A stretch of 64,000 bases of DNA from Diplonema japonicum. Lineage: Eukaryota > Protista > Euglenozoa: Diplonemea. The position numbers were made by a program, and so were the translations under genes. Below are positions 9,464-22,000 of the stretch, piece after piece. Every line of letters starts with the position of its first letter. Position 1 is the stretch's first letter. The notes under the pieces were generated by a model, which saw only the letters and a list, made by a program, of their open reading frames with translations, ran no database searches and was not told where the DNA came from. The stretch spans positions 1 through 64,000 of the forward strand of contig OZ025663.1 of the NCBI GenBank assembly GCA_964019335.1. Reading direction: 5' to 3'.

Positions 9464-10462
9464 TTAGAAAGTGATGCCGGTGACATCACCCTCAATACCG
9501 CACTCGTTGACGCCCTTCAGGATCTTGAAGTAGCCCATGTCACCCCACTCGCTGTTCCAAGAGTTCTTCACCAACCAATAGGGCTCGCCGTTCTCCTCAC
9601 CCCAGCCGATCATCTCGACGGCGTGCCCGCCAAGCGCCTCACCGTGGGTGTGCTTGTAGACACCGCTCTTGTAGGAGGGGAAGTCAGCGTACACGGTGAA
9701 GGCCACAGCAAGGGGACCCTTGGTGTAGAGCTCGGTCATGATGTCAGACACACCACGGACAGAGTAGGCTGTCTTGCCCTTGCGCTTGTCCTGGGAGTAG
9801 GACGCGTTGTACCCGCTCTGGCAGCTCTCAGTACACTTGGGAGTGGGGTACTCCTTCGAGGGGCATGTGGGGTACTTAGGGGTGGGTGCCACGTGGTGGG
9901 CGCAGGGGGCCAGGGTGTAGGGACGGCAGGAGTCACTCTTCCCAAGATCGGAGTAGTCACCGCCAGACACGACACCCTTTTCGGTCATCCACTGCAGGGC
10001 GGCAGAGGGCTGACCACCGTTGCACCCATTAGAGAAACCGCATGCGAAGCCAGAGCAGCACGAGGCAGTGTCCTCGACAGACATCTCCCTGTTGAGGCCG
10101 GTGGCAATGCACTGACGGTCCTCGAAGGCCTCAGTGGACCCAAAGGCCCAGCAGGAACCGCACGAAGATTGGTCACGAACAATGGAAATAACAGGACACT
10201 TGGTGCCCCACTGGGCAGTGGCGTTGAAGTCGGTAGGCAGGCCCTCCACAACATCGATCTTCTTTTCCGGGAGCCTCATGTACTTGGGGTGCCCAGCCAT
10301 CCAGGTACCGCAAAGGATCTTAGCGTCCTCGGTGGAGTTGAACCTGGTGGGGATCTCAGCCTTCCAGCCCTTGTTTGCGGTGTTCACTTTCTGCACGATG
10401 GACGAGAAGTCCTCCGCAGAAACAGCAGTGGCCAGAGCCACAAGGAGACCTGCCTTGTACAT
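9464..10462 (-). CDS. CTSB: Cathepsin B-like cysteine protease
   Basis: Signal peptide from MYKAGLL, QSSCGSCWAF, occluding-loop CAHH, GGHAV and KNSW. Confidence 0.97.
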   Translation of the reverse strand: MYKAGLLVALATAVSAEDFSSIVQKVNTANKGWKAEIPTRFNSTEDAKILCGTWMAGHPKYMRLPEKKIDVVEGLPTDFNATAQWGTKCPVISIVRDQSSCGSCWAFGSTEAFEDRQCIATGLNREMSVEDTASCCSGFACGFSNGCNGGQPSAALQWMTEKGVVSGGDYSDLGKSDSCRPYTLAPCAHHVAPTPKYPTCPSKEYPTPKCTESCQSGYNASYSQDKRKGKTAYSVRGVSDIMTELYTKGPLAVAFTVYADFPSYKSGVYKHTHGEALGGHAVEMIGWGEENGEPYWLVKNSWNSEWGDMGYFKILKGVNECGIEGDVTGITF

Positions 10463-10663
10463 GTTAGAAGTCCTGATGAATAAAACAGCATGTGAATCAA
10501 ATCTCAAAACTAAAGAACAGAATCGAAAGAAGACATAACGAAATAAATATATTAAGCGGTCGCTCGCCAGCACCCCAAACCGAGAAGATTGAGACAAAAT
10601 ATGGTGTCATCAACAAGTAACAGCGAAGTACTTGCAGTCTATGAAGCTCTAATAGCACAAATC

Positions 10664-12013
10664 TCACATAGGTGAGCTGAGGAGGGGTGTCGTTGCCACT
10701 TCCTGAGGGGAGTGCATGGAGTTCAAGCTGAGAGGGGAGTGCAGTGAGTTGAGCTCTGCGTACTCCACTTTTGCCAATTCAAGGGTATTCAGCTCCTTGA
10801 CTTGCAGCTCCCGTGGAATGACGGCAATACGGTCAGATGTACTGATCATCTCTTCGAGTAGTTTGAGGTTCAGTAACCCACCTAAGTTTGCAAGGCACGT
10901 GAAAGGAGGCATCATCATTGGCAGCAAGAAGCCAAAAATGGCGATTGTTGGTACAAAAGAAGATATCACCAACACCCAACCGAGGGCTATCTTGTTTGCC
11001 TTCGGCACGATGTTTACGATCACGATCGCCACGTAGAAGACCTGGTATAGCAAAACCATTTGGAGGATCTGGATTGTAAACTGAGGCTTTCCGAACCAGA
11101 AGAACTTGCTCATATCAGGGTCCGGGTCACTGCCCCTGTAAATGTTCCCGATGCTGAGTGTCGTGACGTCTATCTCGGTGCAGAACTGTCTGAACGATCT
11201 GATTGTCTTTCCAACAACGATCAGCAAAATCGCAAGCGTGCCCCATCCCACGGAGAACGAGAAGTACAAAATGTCCAACCCCGAATTACCTTTGAGGCTT
11301 TCTGTATTCGTAGCCAGCACCAGTGCAATCAAACTGATGATGGCAACCAATGAAAGCCATGTGAACTTGTTGAAATGAAGTAACTCCAGCAACCACCTGC
11401 GCTGTGCTTTCTGGAGGTAACGCGTAAATGCAACGTCTTTGCACTTATCAGGTAGCTTTGAGTTGAAGTACTTCAGGCAGTTGATCATTCTCTTGGCATT
11501 CTGGTTTCTGTCCCAGTAGATGTTAAGGGTAAGTTCCTTTTGCTCTTTGGGCATCTGTTCGTCCTCGATGACAAGACGCCAGAATCTCTCGTAGCGCACC
11601 CAAGTCTTCCACACGATCTTCATAGTAACCAAGAGGGTGCCTGTCAGGCCCATCAAAATGATCATCATCACAAACAGCACAAAGTGCGTGTAATGGAAGA
11701 GCGTGGTTGACCACACTTTACTTGTTATGCGTAGTGCATCGATAAAGGTGAGCCACAGCCCGATCAGTCCTAAGTTCATCACTTCATGCTGCAAATGTTC
11801 CTTCAACTTCCTCCCACTGTTGCTTGTAACCTGCTTGTCCAACCATTCGAAAAAGATTTCATGAACCACACTAATGCCTATAACCAAGATGAACATCCCG
11901 CACAAGTGCCAAGGGTGGTACAAAAGCTCTTCCTCTAGATTGAAGATACTCGCCGCCCCTTTGGCAGGCAGTATAATTTGCAACAGCAAGATACCACGTA
12001 GCAAGGATATCAT
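10664..12013 (-). CDS. MLO-like multi-pass membrane protein
   Basis: LKEHLQHEVMNLGLIGLWLTF resembles MLO KIKEELMLLGFISLLL. FFWFGKPQFTIQILQMVLLYQ resembles the MLO FWFxRP motif. About 7 TM segments. Confidence 0.7.
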   Translation of the reverse strand: MISLLRGILLLQIILPAKGAASIFNLEEELLYHPWHLCGMFILVIGISVVHEIFFEWLDKQVTSNSGRKLKEHLQHEVMNLGLIGLWLTFIDALRITSKVWSTTLFHYTHFVLFVMMIILMGLTGTLLVTMKIVWKTWVRYERFWRLVIEDEQMPKEQKELTLNIYWDRNQNAKRMINCLKYFNSKLPDKCKDVAFTRYLQKAQRRWLLELLHFNKFTWLSLVAIISLIALVLATNTESLKGNSGLDILYFSFSVGWGTLAILLIVVGKTIRSFRQFCTEIDVTTLSIGNIYRGSDPDPDMSKFFWFGKPQFTIQILQMVLLYQVFYVAIVIVNIVPKANKIALGWVLVISSFVPTIAIFGFLLPMMMPPFTCLANLGGLLNLKLLEEMISTSDRIAVIPRELQVKELNTLELAKVEYAELNSLHSPLSLNSMHSPQEVATTPLLSSPM

Positions 12014-12096
12014 GTTTATATTTTTTTCTTTCTTTGTTTTTCCTTTTTTTCTTTTTTTCGCACTTCGTGCTGTGAACTGCAGCACGTGCTGAAGGG

Positions 12097-13134
12097 TTAA
12101 ATAAACTGGTACAACTGGCTAGGAACAGTATCCAATAGGACGTGCATCTGAGAGGTGATTTCCTGCAAGTTGTCTGTGAGGGCCTCGTCGTCGAGCACGG
12201 GGAGGGTGGGAAGTGGTTGCGGTGATGCTTGTTCATCAATTAGAGGGAATGACAAAAGAATACGAGACCAGGACCTGCGGCAGAGAGTACTGGCAAGTGT
12301 GCGGCTTGCAGCGGAGAGGCTCGGCTTCAGGGAGGCAAACTGCGCAGGTGTGAGTGATGCCTTGTATTCTCTCCAGCAGTCTTTGACTGAAACAAGCAGC
12401 TCGGGTTTATCAAGAGTTGCGAGGATGGGCTTCAATGCAGCAGTGGCGGCGTCGGCGTTGATGCCCTCCCCACTAGTGTCATGTCTACGGTGCTTCTTCA
12501 CAAACGGCTGTATGTCTTGGGCAAGCTTGTTGATTTTAGTGGCAGTCAGGGAGCTCTTCCGAACACCGCCTGCTCGCAACACATCCTCCACAGTGCAGGT
12601 TCCGTTATTTCCATTTACTGTTTGCAGTAATCTGGCTGACTTACTGCTGCACAGCTTCTCGCTGCCGTTCACCTGATCTACTTTGCGAGACACCTTTCTC
12701 ACCTCTGATACCCACTCTGTCGTCAGTTCTTTCAGCGTTTGCTGTCGCCGTTCTCCCACGCATGGTGGTCTTGTGTCCTGTACAATGCACATGAGCACCC
12801 ATGTGATGCACACTACGGCGTTCACAACAAGAAGCTCTTCATCTTCTTGTGATGTGTTCGGCACGTACGCAAGCAGACTAGGAATGATACAACCCGTGTA
12901 ACCCATCTTGCGTAAAACCAGCCAACAAAATTTCCTGCTTTTTACATCATCTTTCCACCGCTCCCTAAGAGCAGCTCCCATTTCTGAGTTACCTATCGCA
13001 CTGCGCTCTTTCAACACCAGTAAATCATGCAAGCCTCGCACCGCTGCAGGCAAGGTGCCGAAATCATCTTCCGCTGTGTCTAAACCACAAGCTGTGAGCA
13101 TGCTGGCCAAGGATCCGCATGGCAGTGCACTCAT
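12097..13134 (-). CDS. Hypothetical protein
   Basis: Long co-oriented ORF; ATG follows a ..TACAG acceptor-like site. Confidence 0.65.
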   Translation of the reverse strand: MSALPCGSLASMLTACGLDTAEDDFGTLPAAVRGLHDLLVLKERSAIGNSEMGAALRERWKDDVKSRKFCWLVLRKMGYTGCIIPSLLAYVPNTSQEDEELLVVNAVVCITWVLMCIVQDTRPPCVGERRQQTLKELTTEWVSEVRKVSRKVDQVNGSEKLCSSKSARLLQTVNGNNGTCTVEDVLRAGGVRKSSLTATKINKLAQDIQPFVKKHRRHDTSGEGINADAATAALKPILATLDKPELLVSVKDCWREYKASLTPAQFASLKPSLSAASRTLASTLCRRSWSRILLSFPLIDEQASPQPLPTLPVLDDEALTDNLQEITSQMHVLLDTVPSQLYQFI

Positions 13135-13185
13135 TCCTGTACTGTGCTTTTTTTCGAGAGAATGACAGGAAGGTATGTACAAGGT

Positions 13186-13722
13186 TTAGACTAGTTTAAG
13201 TTCTATTACATTCCAAGTGAGTACCTTTTCCCACCCGTGAAGCTGTACCAGCGGTGTTGCTCCATCATAATTTACAATAGTTCCGTACTTCCACTGTTCG
13301 GTGGGGCAGTCCCTGACCCGTACCTCTGCACCTAGAGGATACAGGGATCGCGGCGACGTCGCGCCCGCTGCGTAGCCAGTTAGCATGTGCTCCAAATCCT
13401 GCTGTTTTTGTGTGAGGTGTGCACTGGTTGCCATCAGCAGTTCCCCACTCTTGCCACCTCTAGGGGACGCGTTCTTTTGTGCAAGCTCCTTATATTTGTC
13501 TAAAAGCTGTGCTTCTCCTTCTCGCAGCATTGTGATGCGCTCCTTCAGTCGCGCCACCTCATTCATGTGTGCTTCCTTCTCTTCATGTATAGACGTGATG
13601 AGGCCTGTTTTGTCTTCCTGCAGGGCAAGGACCCTGTTGATGAGGAACTCTGTAGGGTGTCCCTTCTCCCTTTGGCTCTGCCGGCGGCGGGTAGGCGACA
13701 CAGATCCGCGTTTTGGTGGCAT
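13186..13722 (-). CDS. Coiled-coil protein with a C-terminal Tudor/SH3-like barrel
   Basis: Coiled coil followed by YPLGAEVRVRD..EQWKYGTIV...PLVQLHGW....TW. Confidence 0.65.
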   Translation of the reverse strand: MPPKRGSVSPTRRRQSQREKGHPTEFLINRVLALQEDKTGLITSIHEEKEAHMNEVARLKERITMLREGEAQLLDKYKELAQKNASPRGGKSGELLMATSAHLTQKQQDLEHMLTGYAAGATSPRSLYPLGAEVRVRDCPTEQWKYGTIVNYDGATPLVQLHGWEKVLTWNVIELKLV

Positions 13723-13820
13723 TATATGCACCCTGCTTGGATTAAGCAAAAGAGAACACTGTTCAAAAGAAATACATTCAACCCTATTCGGGGGGAAGCA
13801 GAGACGGTCTGAAATTAACA

Positions 13821-15786
13821 TCATCTTTTTGAATCCAGTTTCACAAGCGGTCTTATTGCATATTCCAGGGGCACCGATTGCTGGTGGATGGCCTCAGGGT
13901 TGAACTCAGGTGTTTCAATGAATTGCAGGAAGAGATTATTGAGCTGCTGGCGTTGGCCTGTGGCAGTGTTGTTTGTATTTTTGAGTGCTACCTTCCAGAG
14001 ACTTGCTGGGTCGTCCCCGGTTCAAAATGTCGGCTTCTCTATCCACGAGCTCGACGATTTCCCTTGTTAGTGGGCAGCTGAAGGCCTTAACAGCCCACTT
14101 CACAGGGAGCAAGATATCCAGTCGCTCGTCGATGGTCCTGTGTGTGTTGGTTGTTTCTAACTGCATACAATCCCTTCAGCTGCAGTCCGTTGTACAAGTG
14201 CATCAGTTGTTTTGCGCAAACAGTGAACGGCGTCTCGACGATGGTTCCAGACTGTGTCTTTTTAACAGGTCACATGCACATACCGCTCCCCATTTTTTGT
14301 GTGCCGTCATGCTTTCTAAGAAAGACTTCACGCGTCGTTCCTTATTCTCCTTATTAGCGGCATTTTGCAGTTTATGTATGGTCTGCAACAGTTTCGTCTC
14401 CTTCTTGAGTAGCTCCTGCAACGACAGCTGTTTCTCTTCCTTCGTCATCGACGACTCTTTTATCTTACGTGTCTCCTGCAGCCTCCATGTCTCAAGCTCG
14501 TTGTAAAGTGTAGTGAAGTCTTGTGTAGTTCGTGGATGTGTTCGGCGCTCGATCTCCTTTTGCCGCTTTGTTTCGTGTTCCTCTTTTCTTTTATGCTCTT
14601 GGATCAGTATTGCTTGATTTATTTCCTCTTTTTCACTCCTCAGTCGCTTTGCGTGGGTTCTTGCAAACCAACCCCGGATGTGACTTTGTATCACAACGCT
14701 CTTCTGCACCCGCAGCCCGTGCAGCTGCTGCGATGTGAAGTACGGCCTTGCGACAATAATAATGTCATCACTAGTATTAAGCTCGAACCCGGGCCTTGCC
14801 ATCTGCGTGGCGCACTCTCGCACTGTCTGCACCGTGCGTGTCATGCCTTTGGTTTGTGTTTCGCGCGATATTTTGTCCGAGTGCATCTTTGCCTTCTTCT
14901 CCAAAGGGTTCGTCTGCCCCACTGCGTGGTGGTAGATCTGCCCTGTTTTTTTATTTCTAAAACCTCCAATGAAAGGCTTCTTGTCATAGGCAACTACGAG
15001 TGTCACGGTGCAGGTCTTCGGTGGGATCCCCTCACCGTAGTGTATCGTCACGTTCCTTGTGCCGGGTGTGATCTCCCCAACAGACAGTATTGACAGATGC
15101 CGCGGGAGGTTATCGAACCTCAAGTGCAGAATCAACGGGCCCTGTTCTGGTATGTTTGCAACTTCGTTCAAAATGTCAGTCTCCTGGAAAGGGTGTCCCT
15201 CCCAAGATATGTGCAGTGTCGCCTTGTCCACAGAGAGATCTTTCTCCAGCTGTGAATACATGTACACAGCAGGGATGTCTACAGGGTATACTGCGATGTG
15301 CGAGAAGCCTTGCGGAAGTACCAGGAACTTCACTTGCACTTTTTGGGACTCAGAGAGGCTTTGTGTCGCCCACGCCTGCTGAGGTGCGCCAGGCTGATGG
15401 TTCTCAATAGGCTCTTTTTCATCGCTCGCTTCTTCTTTCACTTCAGTTCCTTGTTCTTGCTCTCGTTGCGGTTCTATTTGCCCCTCTGGTACTTCTACTT
15501 CTGCCACCGGTTCGTCAGTGACTTCTGCCTCTGTTGGTGTAGGTGGTGCAGGTGCAGCTGTAACTTCCGGCGCCTCTACTGTCTCTTCTTGGGTCTCACT
15601 TGCTTGTGCTACTTCTTCAGTTTTCTTCTCTATTACATTCTCTTCCTCCGCTACTTCTTCAATTTTCTTCTCTGCTGCACTCTCTTCCTCCGCAGGTTCA
15701 CCAGATTTGTTTTCCTCTTTAGCCCCCTCTTTCTCTCCCTTTTCTTGTTCTTCTTCCTTCACATCGCCTTCCTGCGGTTCTTGCAT
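13821..15786 (-). CDS. IQUB: IQ and ubiquitin-like domain protein (flagellar radial-spoke associated), 3 introns
   Basis: KPFIGGFRNK.TG.IYHHA..QT, an IQ motif (IQSHIRGWFAR), and spliced C-terminus ...LNNLFLQFIETPEFNPEA. GT-AG introns at 14252-14283, 14138-14168 and 13958-13991 restore the frame. Confidence 0.9.
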
Positions 15787-15943
15787 GGCTCCTGTGTGGT
15801 GTATTATGGATGGCTGGTACAACAGGTAAACACTAGGACTATTGAACTATGCCCTTAGGAATAAGGGGCTGGGAGAAGCAAGAACATTTATTTCACAGGC
15901 CTTTTTAAAAGCCTTACTTACCCGTTTTTCCTGACCAACGCCT

Positions 15944-16480
15944 TCATCCTAATGCCGAGTATGTTCTCTTCGACAACCTTTCGACTGATTTTTCTAACTC
16001 CCTTCTACTCAGCTTCCTTTGCAAGCGTGGTGTCACAGGAGCGGGTGTCGCCGTGCTTCTTGTGGGCTTCATGAAGGTCGCAGTGTCGAAGTGCGCAATA
16101 TTACTCTTGACGCACTCACGAGACGGAGCTGTGAACGTAGCACTGTTGTACACGCATTTTGACGGTCTGGGTGTGGTACGTGGTGTCTCGAGGGTAGACC
16201 GCCTGATAGAGTGTGAGCGTGCACTGTTCGGTGTTTCTTTAGCAAAGCTGCTGCTGCGCAGAAGAAACCCATTACTGGTGGGGATCTGTGGCACTTTTGG
16301 CTTTTTCTTTTTACTATTTTTAGGCTTCTCAAAGTGCTTCTGCAATGCCTTCCTGCTCGGAAGGAACCTGGCTGCAGAGTTTTTGTGAAGAGGTTTCTGG
16401 GTTCTCGACTCACTTCGCGCCACCTCAGCAAAGCGCATTGCCTGCGAAAATGAGTTCCTATGCTCAGCAACGTACATCAT
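15944..16480 (-). CDS. Hypothetical basic low-complexity protein
   Basis: Co-oriented ORF; ATG follows a CCTACAG acceptor-like site. Confidence 0.55.
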   Translation of the reverse strand: MMYVAEHRNSFSQAMRFAEVARSESRTQKPLHKNSAARFLPSRKALQKHFEKPKNSKKKKPKVPQIPTSNGFLLRSSSFAKETPNSARSHSIRRSTLETPRTTPRPSKCVYNSATFTAPSRECVKSNIAHFDTATFMKPTRSTATPAPVTPRLQRKLSRRELEKSVERLSKRTYSALG

Positions 16481-16523
16481 GGGTAACCTGTAGGAAGCTA
16501 ATGAAGGAAAGCTGTCAAAGCAT

Positions 16524-17144
16524 TTAACTGTGGCCAACGGCTCTTGGAACAACGCTCCCAAATATCTCGAAACGGATTACACTGATAGCGTGTGAAAAAA
16601 GCTGGCCTGAGTTGGCAGGCGTGCCACCTACGATTCTAATGCGGTGGAATGCCTGTCGCTGTCGGATATTTGTTTTCCACCCAGCACGGAACTTGTGGTC
16701 GCCTGCCAAGGAAATGTCGTGGCTATGGGTGGCAATAGGGAACCAGTTGGCATTCGGCCCATCGATGAAAGTTCCCACAATAGACCAGTTGCACAGCGCA
16801 TGTTTTTCACGGAAAGCACTGCTGAACTGGTAACCCCAGATGTGGATGCCTACAGGGAGCTCTATCTCGATCCACGACTTGCTGGAAGCCGTCGTCACGC
16901 ACTCGACGTCAGGACGCCCCAAGGCATTTGTACTGTAGCCCACAACATTCCGCAGCTCACCTAACGTCAACCCACTGGACACTACATTTACCATTTTCCC
17001 ATCATAAGGGTTCATCCATTCATCGTCGTCCTCCCCCCTCCCCCCCGCCTCCTTGCACATACACCCCAAGAAATACAACAACCCCTTCCCATCCGCCCTG
17101 TACGGGAACTCTGTTTTATCAATTGAGTATTGCTGATTACTCAT
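16524..17144 (-). CDS. Discoidin/F5-8-like (galactose-binding-like) domain protein of the type found with BTB/HECTD1 proteins
   Basis: GLLYFLG...WMNP...V.V.SS...SWIEIEL...HALCNW...W..I.TH..D.SL...F.RIRIV. The 5' end is uncertain. Confidence 0.6.
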   Translation of the reverse strand: MSNQQYSIDKTEFPYRADGKGLLYFLGCMCKEAGGRGEDDDEWMNPYDGKMVNVVSSGLTLGELRNVVGYSTNALGRPDVECVTTASSKSWIEIELPVGIHIWGYQFSSAFREKHALCNWSIVGTFIDGPNANWFPIATHSHDISLAGDHKFRAGWKTNIRQRQAFHRIRIVGGTPANSGQLFSHAISVIRFEIFGSVVPRAVGHS

Positions 17145-18620
17145 GTTGCCTACCTGGTAGTGAGTTAGCTGAGGTTGTAAAATAAAAGAGGATATGAGGA
17201 GAGAAACTATTCCGGAGAATAGTTGACTGGATCTACAGTGTAGATAAACAATCTTAGAAACCATCAGTTTATCTAGTTTATATGCTTCTGTCCTGGACTT
17301 CTTCGAGAAGCTATCATTTTACATCTGTCGCCTGTCTTCCCATTGCTTTGAAACATTCGTTGTAGTGCTGACACGGTGTTCCCTGAGCCACACCGCATCT
17401 TCCTATAAAACACGTCAAGCTTGTCTATGCCCTAAAGCATTTCGATATTCAAAGCCAAAAGGCACTATACATATCACCTGTAGAGCTGCGGTTATAAAAG
17501 AACAAGGCATGGAAAATAAAACCAGGAGGGAAGAAAAAGTTAAAATGTCAGCATGCAGGACATGCAAAAAAAAGGGGGGGGGTTAAAACGATGGGGATGT
17601 AATTCATATTCTTTTTGAATTTTTCTTTTTTTTCTTTTTCTTTTTTTTTTTTTTTTTTTTTTTTTTGTTGTGTTATACTTTTTTTTTTCGTTCTTCGACA
17701 CTTACCATGTACTTCAGACCACAAGTGTGAGAATGCTCAAACTTGTTTGTGCTGCTGATACATGGGATACAGGAGCAGGCGGTAAAACAGGGCGGGCGGG
17801 GGGGGAAGGGGTAAAACGTGCGGGGCTGGGGATCAAGAAGGAAAACCATAACGTAATTGAGATCGCAGATTGAACCTAGCCTAGAATCAAGAACGATACT
17901 GGCCCCGCAAATGCAGAGCGGATATCATTCTCGTGCCCAGAGGAAGCTGCGACAAATAACTTGAAGGCGGCACATCAAGCAGTGTGCCAATAAGGGGGAA
18001 AGGGGTGTACAAAAAATAATCGTGCAACTGATCTTACCGCTCATTCGTCTCGCTGGAGGGTACACCTCTTGGACGATAGTTCTAAGCATAATAGAATGAA
18101 TGGAGTCAGCACGTACAAAATAGGGAGGGGAATAGCAAAGGAAACATAGTGGAGTATCTAAGTGTGCATTGCTGCATTTTTGTTCACAAGATTCTTCTTT
18201 TTTTTCTCTTTTTTTTTTAATATCCCATCCCTTTTTTTTTTTCAGTGAAAGGGACGGTAAACAAAAAAAAAACAAAAAAGAATTAAATGAACTGGAAAAG
18301 GAAAAGAACACAGAATGAAGCAGGGAGGGGGAAAAGTAAAAAGGGGACATGGGGTTGGGGTCTAACCGTGGTCCTTTTGTAGAACAATGCACGGTTCCAG
18401 TTTTCTTATTTGTGATAAATCTACAGGTCAGAGTCGATGAAGGCTGAAAAGTAAAAAAAGAGCCTTGCCTTCACTATGATAAGACTCCGCCTGCCAAGTA
18501 GTCTGCAGCCATTGTGTTTCGCATTATACTCCGCAAAGTGAGCTCTTTGACAACACATGGTAATCGCAAAAAAAGATATTGGTCATAGACCCCTGGGGGG
18601 GAAGAGGACACTTTTTTGCA

Positions 18621-18651
<31 letters not shown>

Positions 18652-19075
18652 TTTCTTTTTCGTGGAGGGACAAAATAAGGAAGGGGAAGCACCCGTTTAA
18701 CTCTTGAGCGCTACATCACTCCAAAAAGGAACGACTACAGGAGCACCCAGAACAACAGGAAGCAAGAATGTGAGAAAAGAAGTAACAGAAAGGAGATGGG
18801 AGTAAACGGATGAAAAAATAAAAGCTCTTCCGACTTACAATCAAAGCAACGTGGCACCAACGTAGTTGCCGAGCACAGCTTCATCAAAGAATCCCTGCAT
18901 CATGTTGAATGAAGTATCAACCACAACAACGTGGCCGAGGGACAGCTAATCAGAAACTATCGAAGGGCACATTTCATAAGACGGAGCTTCTTTTTTTCGT
19001 TTTGAGAAGGGAGAAATTGGAAAAAAGGAGGAAGCAACAGGTAAGTGAGGGGAAATGGGAGGGTGTGATGTGATT

Positions 19076-22000
19076 TTAAAGACACAGCACGATGACACTG
19101 ACGAAGAGGAGGAGGTAGCTGAGAGGGGTGGTGCTAGCAGAAGCGAACTCGGGAGCTAGCATCCCTGTAGGCCCGGGGGTGTAGTAGGTTGCGCTTTGCG
19201 TGTCCGCATTCTTGAAAACGGTGGGGTTTGCCGCACGTAGCGATGAAGCGTCGGATGCCAGATCGGTGGTCAGCGCAGCCTGCAACTGCGCCTCCACGCC
19301 GTCACGGTCGGCAACCACGTTCACATCGAACTCAGCAAAAGCGGTCATGTCATCTGCCAACACGTGAGCTACCCTGGTCGACTGCGAGAGGTCGTTGATA
19401 GCCGTAGCCCTGTCGATACAGAAGCCCTTGTCGGTGGAGGTGCTGGCGATGTCACTCTTCAACACGCCGCCGTCTTTCCTGCTGCTGGGGATGCTGCACA
19501 GCCTGATCAGGACGCAGTCCTTCGTAGTCTGGACATTCCTCCTGAAGACAGGGAGGAGGTGCTTACTGAAGCCGCGGTTAGCAAACTCATCCACCCAGAC
19601 TTTAATAAGGAACTCACGCATGGCGGTTTCACTTGCAAAGGCACCGAGACTCATGGCCATCCTGGTTGCGAATGGTGTTTGCACGCCCACTGTTTCGTTG
19701 TTACTGTTCTGCACCTTGAAGCCTTGCGAGGTGGCAGTGACACTTTGAGGGACTTCTTCGCTATAATGCAAGGGCACGATGGTGAGCTTTGCCACGTCGC
19801 ACGGGTTCGACAAGTAAAAGTCTTTGAACGAAACAACACCCGCATTAGCCTTCGCTACCAGTTGATTGACAAACGTTCTGTTACCTTCGCTCAGCTGCTG
19901 CAGGAACACATCCTGATCAGTATCCTCGCACATGGCTGTGATAGCAAACGTAGTAAAGTCCTCCGCTACAACGCGCGCATCCCACTGATCAACTATGGTT
20001 GCCTGCACAGACAGGGCGTCCTTAACCTCGTGTGTAGTCACCGCGAAGTTGTCCAACCTCAAGCTGTGGTCGCGCTGCATGTCGAAGCGAACGAAGGACG
20101 ATGCCACGGGAACATCCCACTCCTTCGGCTCCGCGTGGACGTACAGTCCCTGTAGGCCTTCCTCACCCACCCAACGAAGGTTGTTGAACATGGCCACGCC
20201 GTTTTGCATGGCAACATCCCTGTTGCTGACCTCACCGCTGACGTCATCACCATACCTCCAAAGGTCAGTGCATTTTAGGGTATCGAAGTTCGTTTCTTTC
20301 CTGCAAGACCCAATGTCTTTGATGCATGTGGAAGTTAGGAAACCGTGTGCCTGGTCAACATTGCGGCAGGGAATGGTCAAGGGCTGGATTGTGATCGTTG
20401 CGTCCTCAGCATAGTCACCCAAAGCAGACACCAGGTTTCCCTTGCTATCTACCATTTCCACTTTCATATCAAAAGGCCTCTTCAGGATCCAGTGTGTGTC
20501 ATCAGCAACTTCTTCCCATGCATTGTCCGTACCCTTCTCGCGGATGCTCACGCGCAACTTGGTCCCAACTCTAACAAAGTAAAGAGGTCCCACTCTATTC
20601 CAATTGCCCAATTCTTTCTGAGGTGTCACTGTAGCAATAAATTTAGTTGCGATGGTAACCTTGTAAGTGTATCCACTGTGTGTGTCCCCGTTGTGTGTGT
20701 CGCTGTCGGGGTTCAGGTGCACCCTGATGCTGCCAGCCTGCGCCGTGTGTGTTGTAGTAGATACTTCCGCATCGTTTTTTGAAGCCACCACCGTAGCAAT
20801 GCTGTGGTAGTCACCATAGATGTGGTCATCGTCCCCATTGTTCATGTTGAACACCATCCAAGCACCATCCGATAACACTGCCGCAGGCATACCGTCTGCA
20901 TCTTCGGACCCATCTCTTGTTAGTTTACTGAGAGCTCCGAAGTTACTCTCGCTTCCCATTAACCCCGTGTACTTCACGATAGTTGCTTTGGTGGTTTCCT
21001 GCACCATCACTTCCATGTTGTATTTATGTGTGCTCACAAGTGATGATGCACCTGAGACGGGGAGGCCACTTATAGCATTCTGGTTGAATTTGCACGTGCC
21101 CGTGTTGGGGAAGTGCCCCTCAATTGTGATGCCATCAACGGTTTGCTCCACGGTACATTTGTTGTTGTCATTTCTTTCGCACACGAAACACCCCACAGGA
21201 CTCATTTTGTCTGACGCAACTCCTACTTCTGTCACTTGGGAAGACAGCCCCTCGTTACTGTATTCGTTGTCCTGAGCTTCAGGTCTCAGGTGGATAAGAA
21301 CCTTGTGGTTCTTGATACTGTAAAGCACATTTCTGACTTGCTTGACGTTCTCTGATTCGTAGTATCCCCATTGTGTGACAGGTCGCGAAATAAATGTCAT
21401 TTCAAACTTTTGCGAGTTTGCGAGTTGAAGTCCTGCAGGTGGCGTCACCGTGATGTTGCAGGTGCAAGGCGACGCGGAGATAGACGTTGCTCTTGCGGTG
21501 AACGTCGCAACGCCGTGGGTGAAGGTGCTCTTATCGGTGACTTCAACAGTCGCGCAGCCACAGTCAGGTGCAGCAGTGGCCTCTCCTGTCGCAGTGGTCG
21601 ATACATAGTAAGAGTTGGTAGTCGCAATGGCGGACGGAAGCTTGCCAATAGCATATGCCCTGAATGTGCAGGAAGTGCTGACATAAGTGTTTGAACAGGC
21701 AACCGCTGCTGATCTGTCAACAGCCATTTTTGTGGCAGGCACAGTGAAATCTACAACAAAACCCGATGTACGGCCCATGTAGTAAGACGAACCCAACCTG
21801 TACTGAATGGCGGGCCTGTTGTACAGCCTGAATCTGAACCTGCCTGCGTCATCCAGACGGAAAGGGCTGCCGTTCACAAAATGGGTGCCGTTGCCGGCCA
21901 CGACACCTGCTGTAGCACTTCCCGTCGTGAGGGTGCGTAGCTCACTGGACTGCACCATGGGAGTGTAATCAACCTTGTTGAAATCGTTAATAACGAACTT

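Noticed and set aside
17265-19075. Short ORFs or ncRNA in the long spacer
   Set aside because: Homopolymer-rich, with no recognisable protein, tRNA or snRNA motif. Probably UTR or intergenic.
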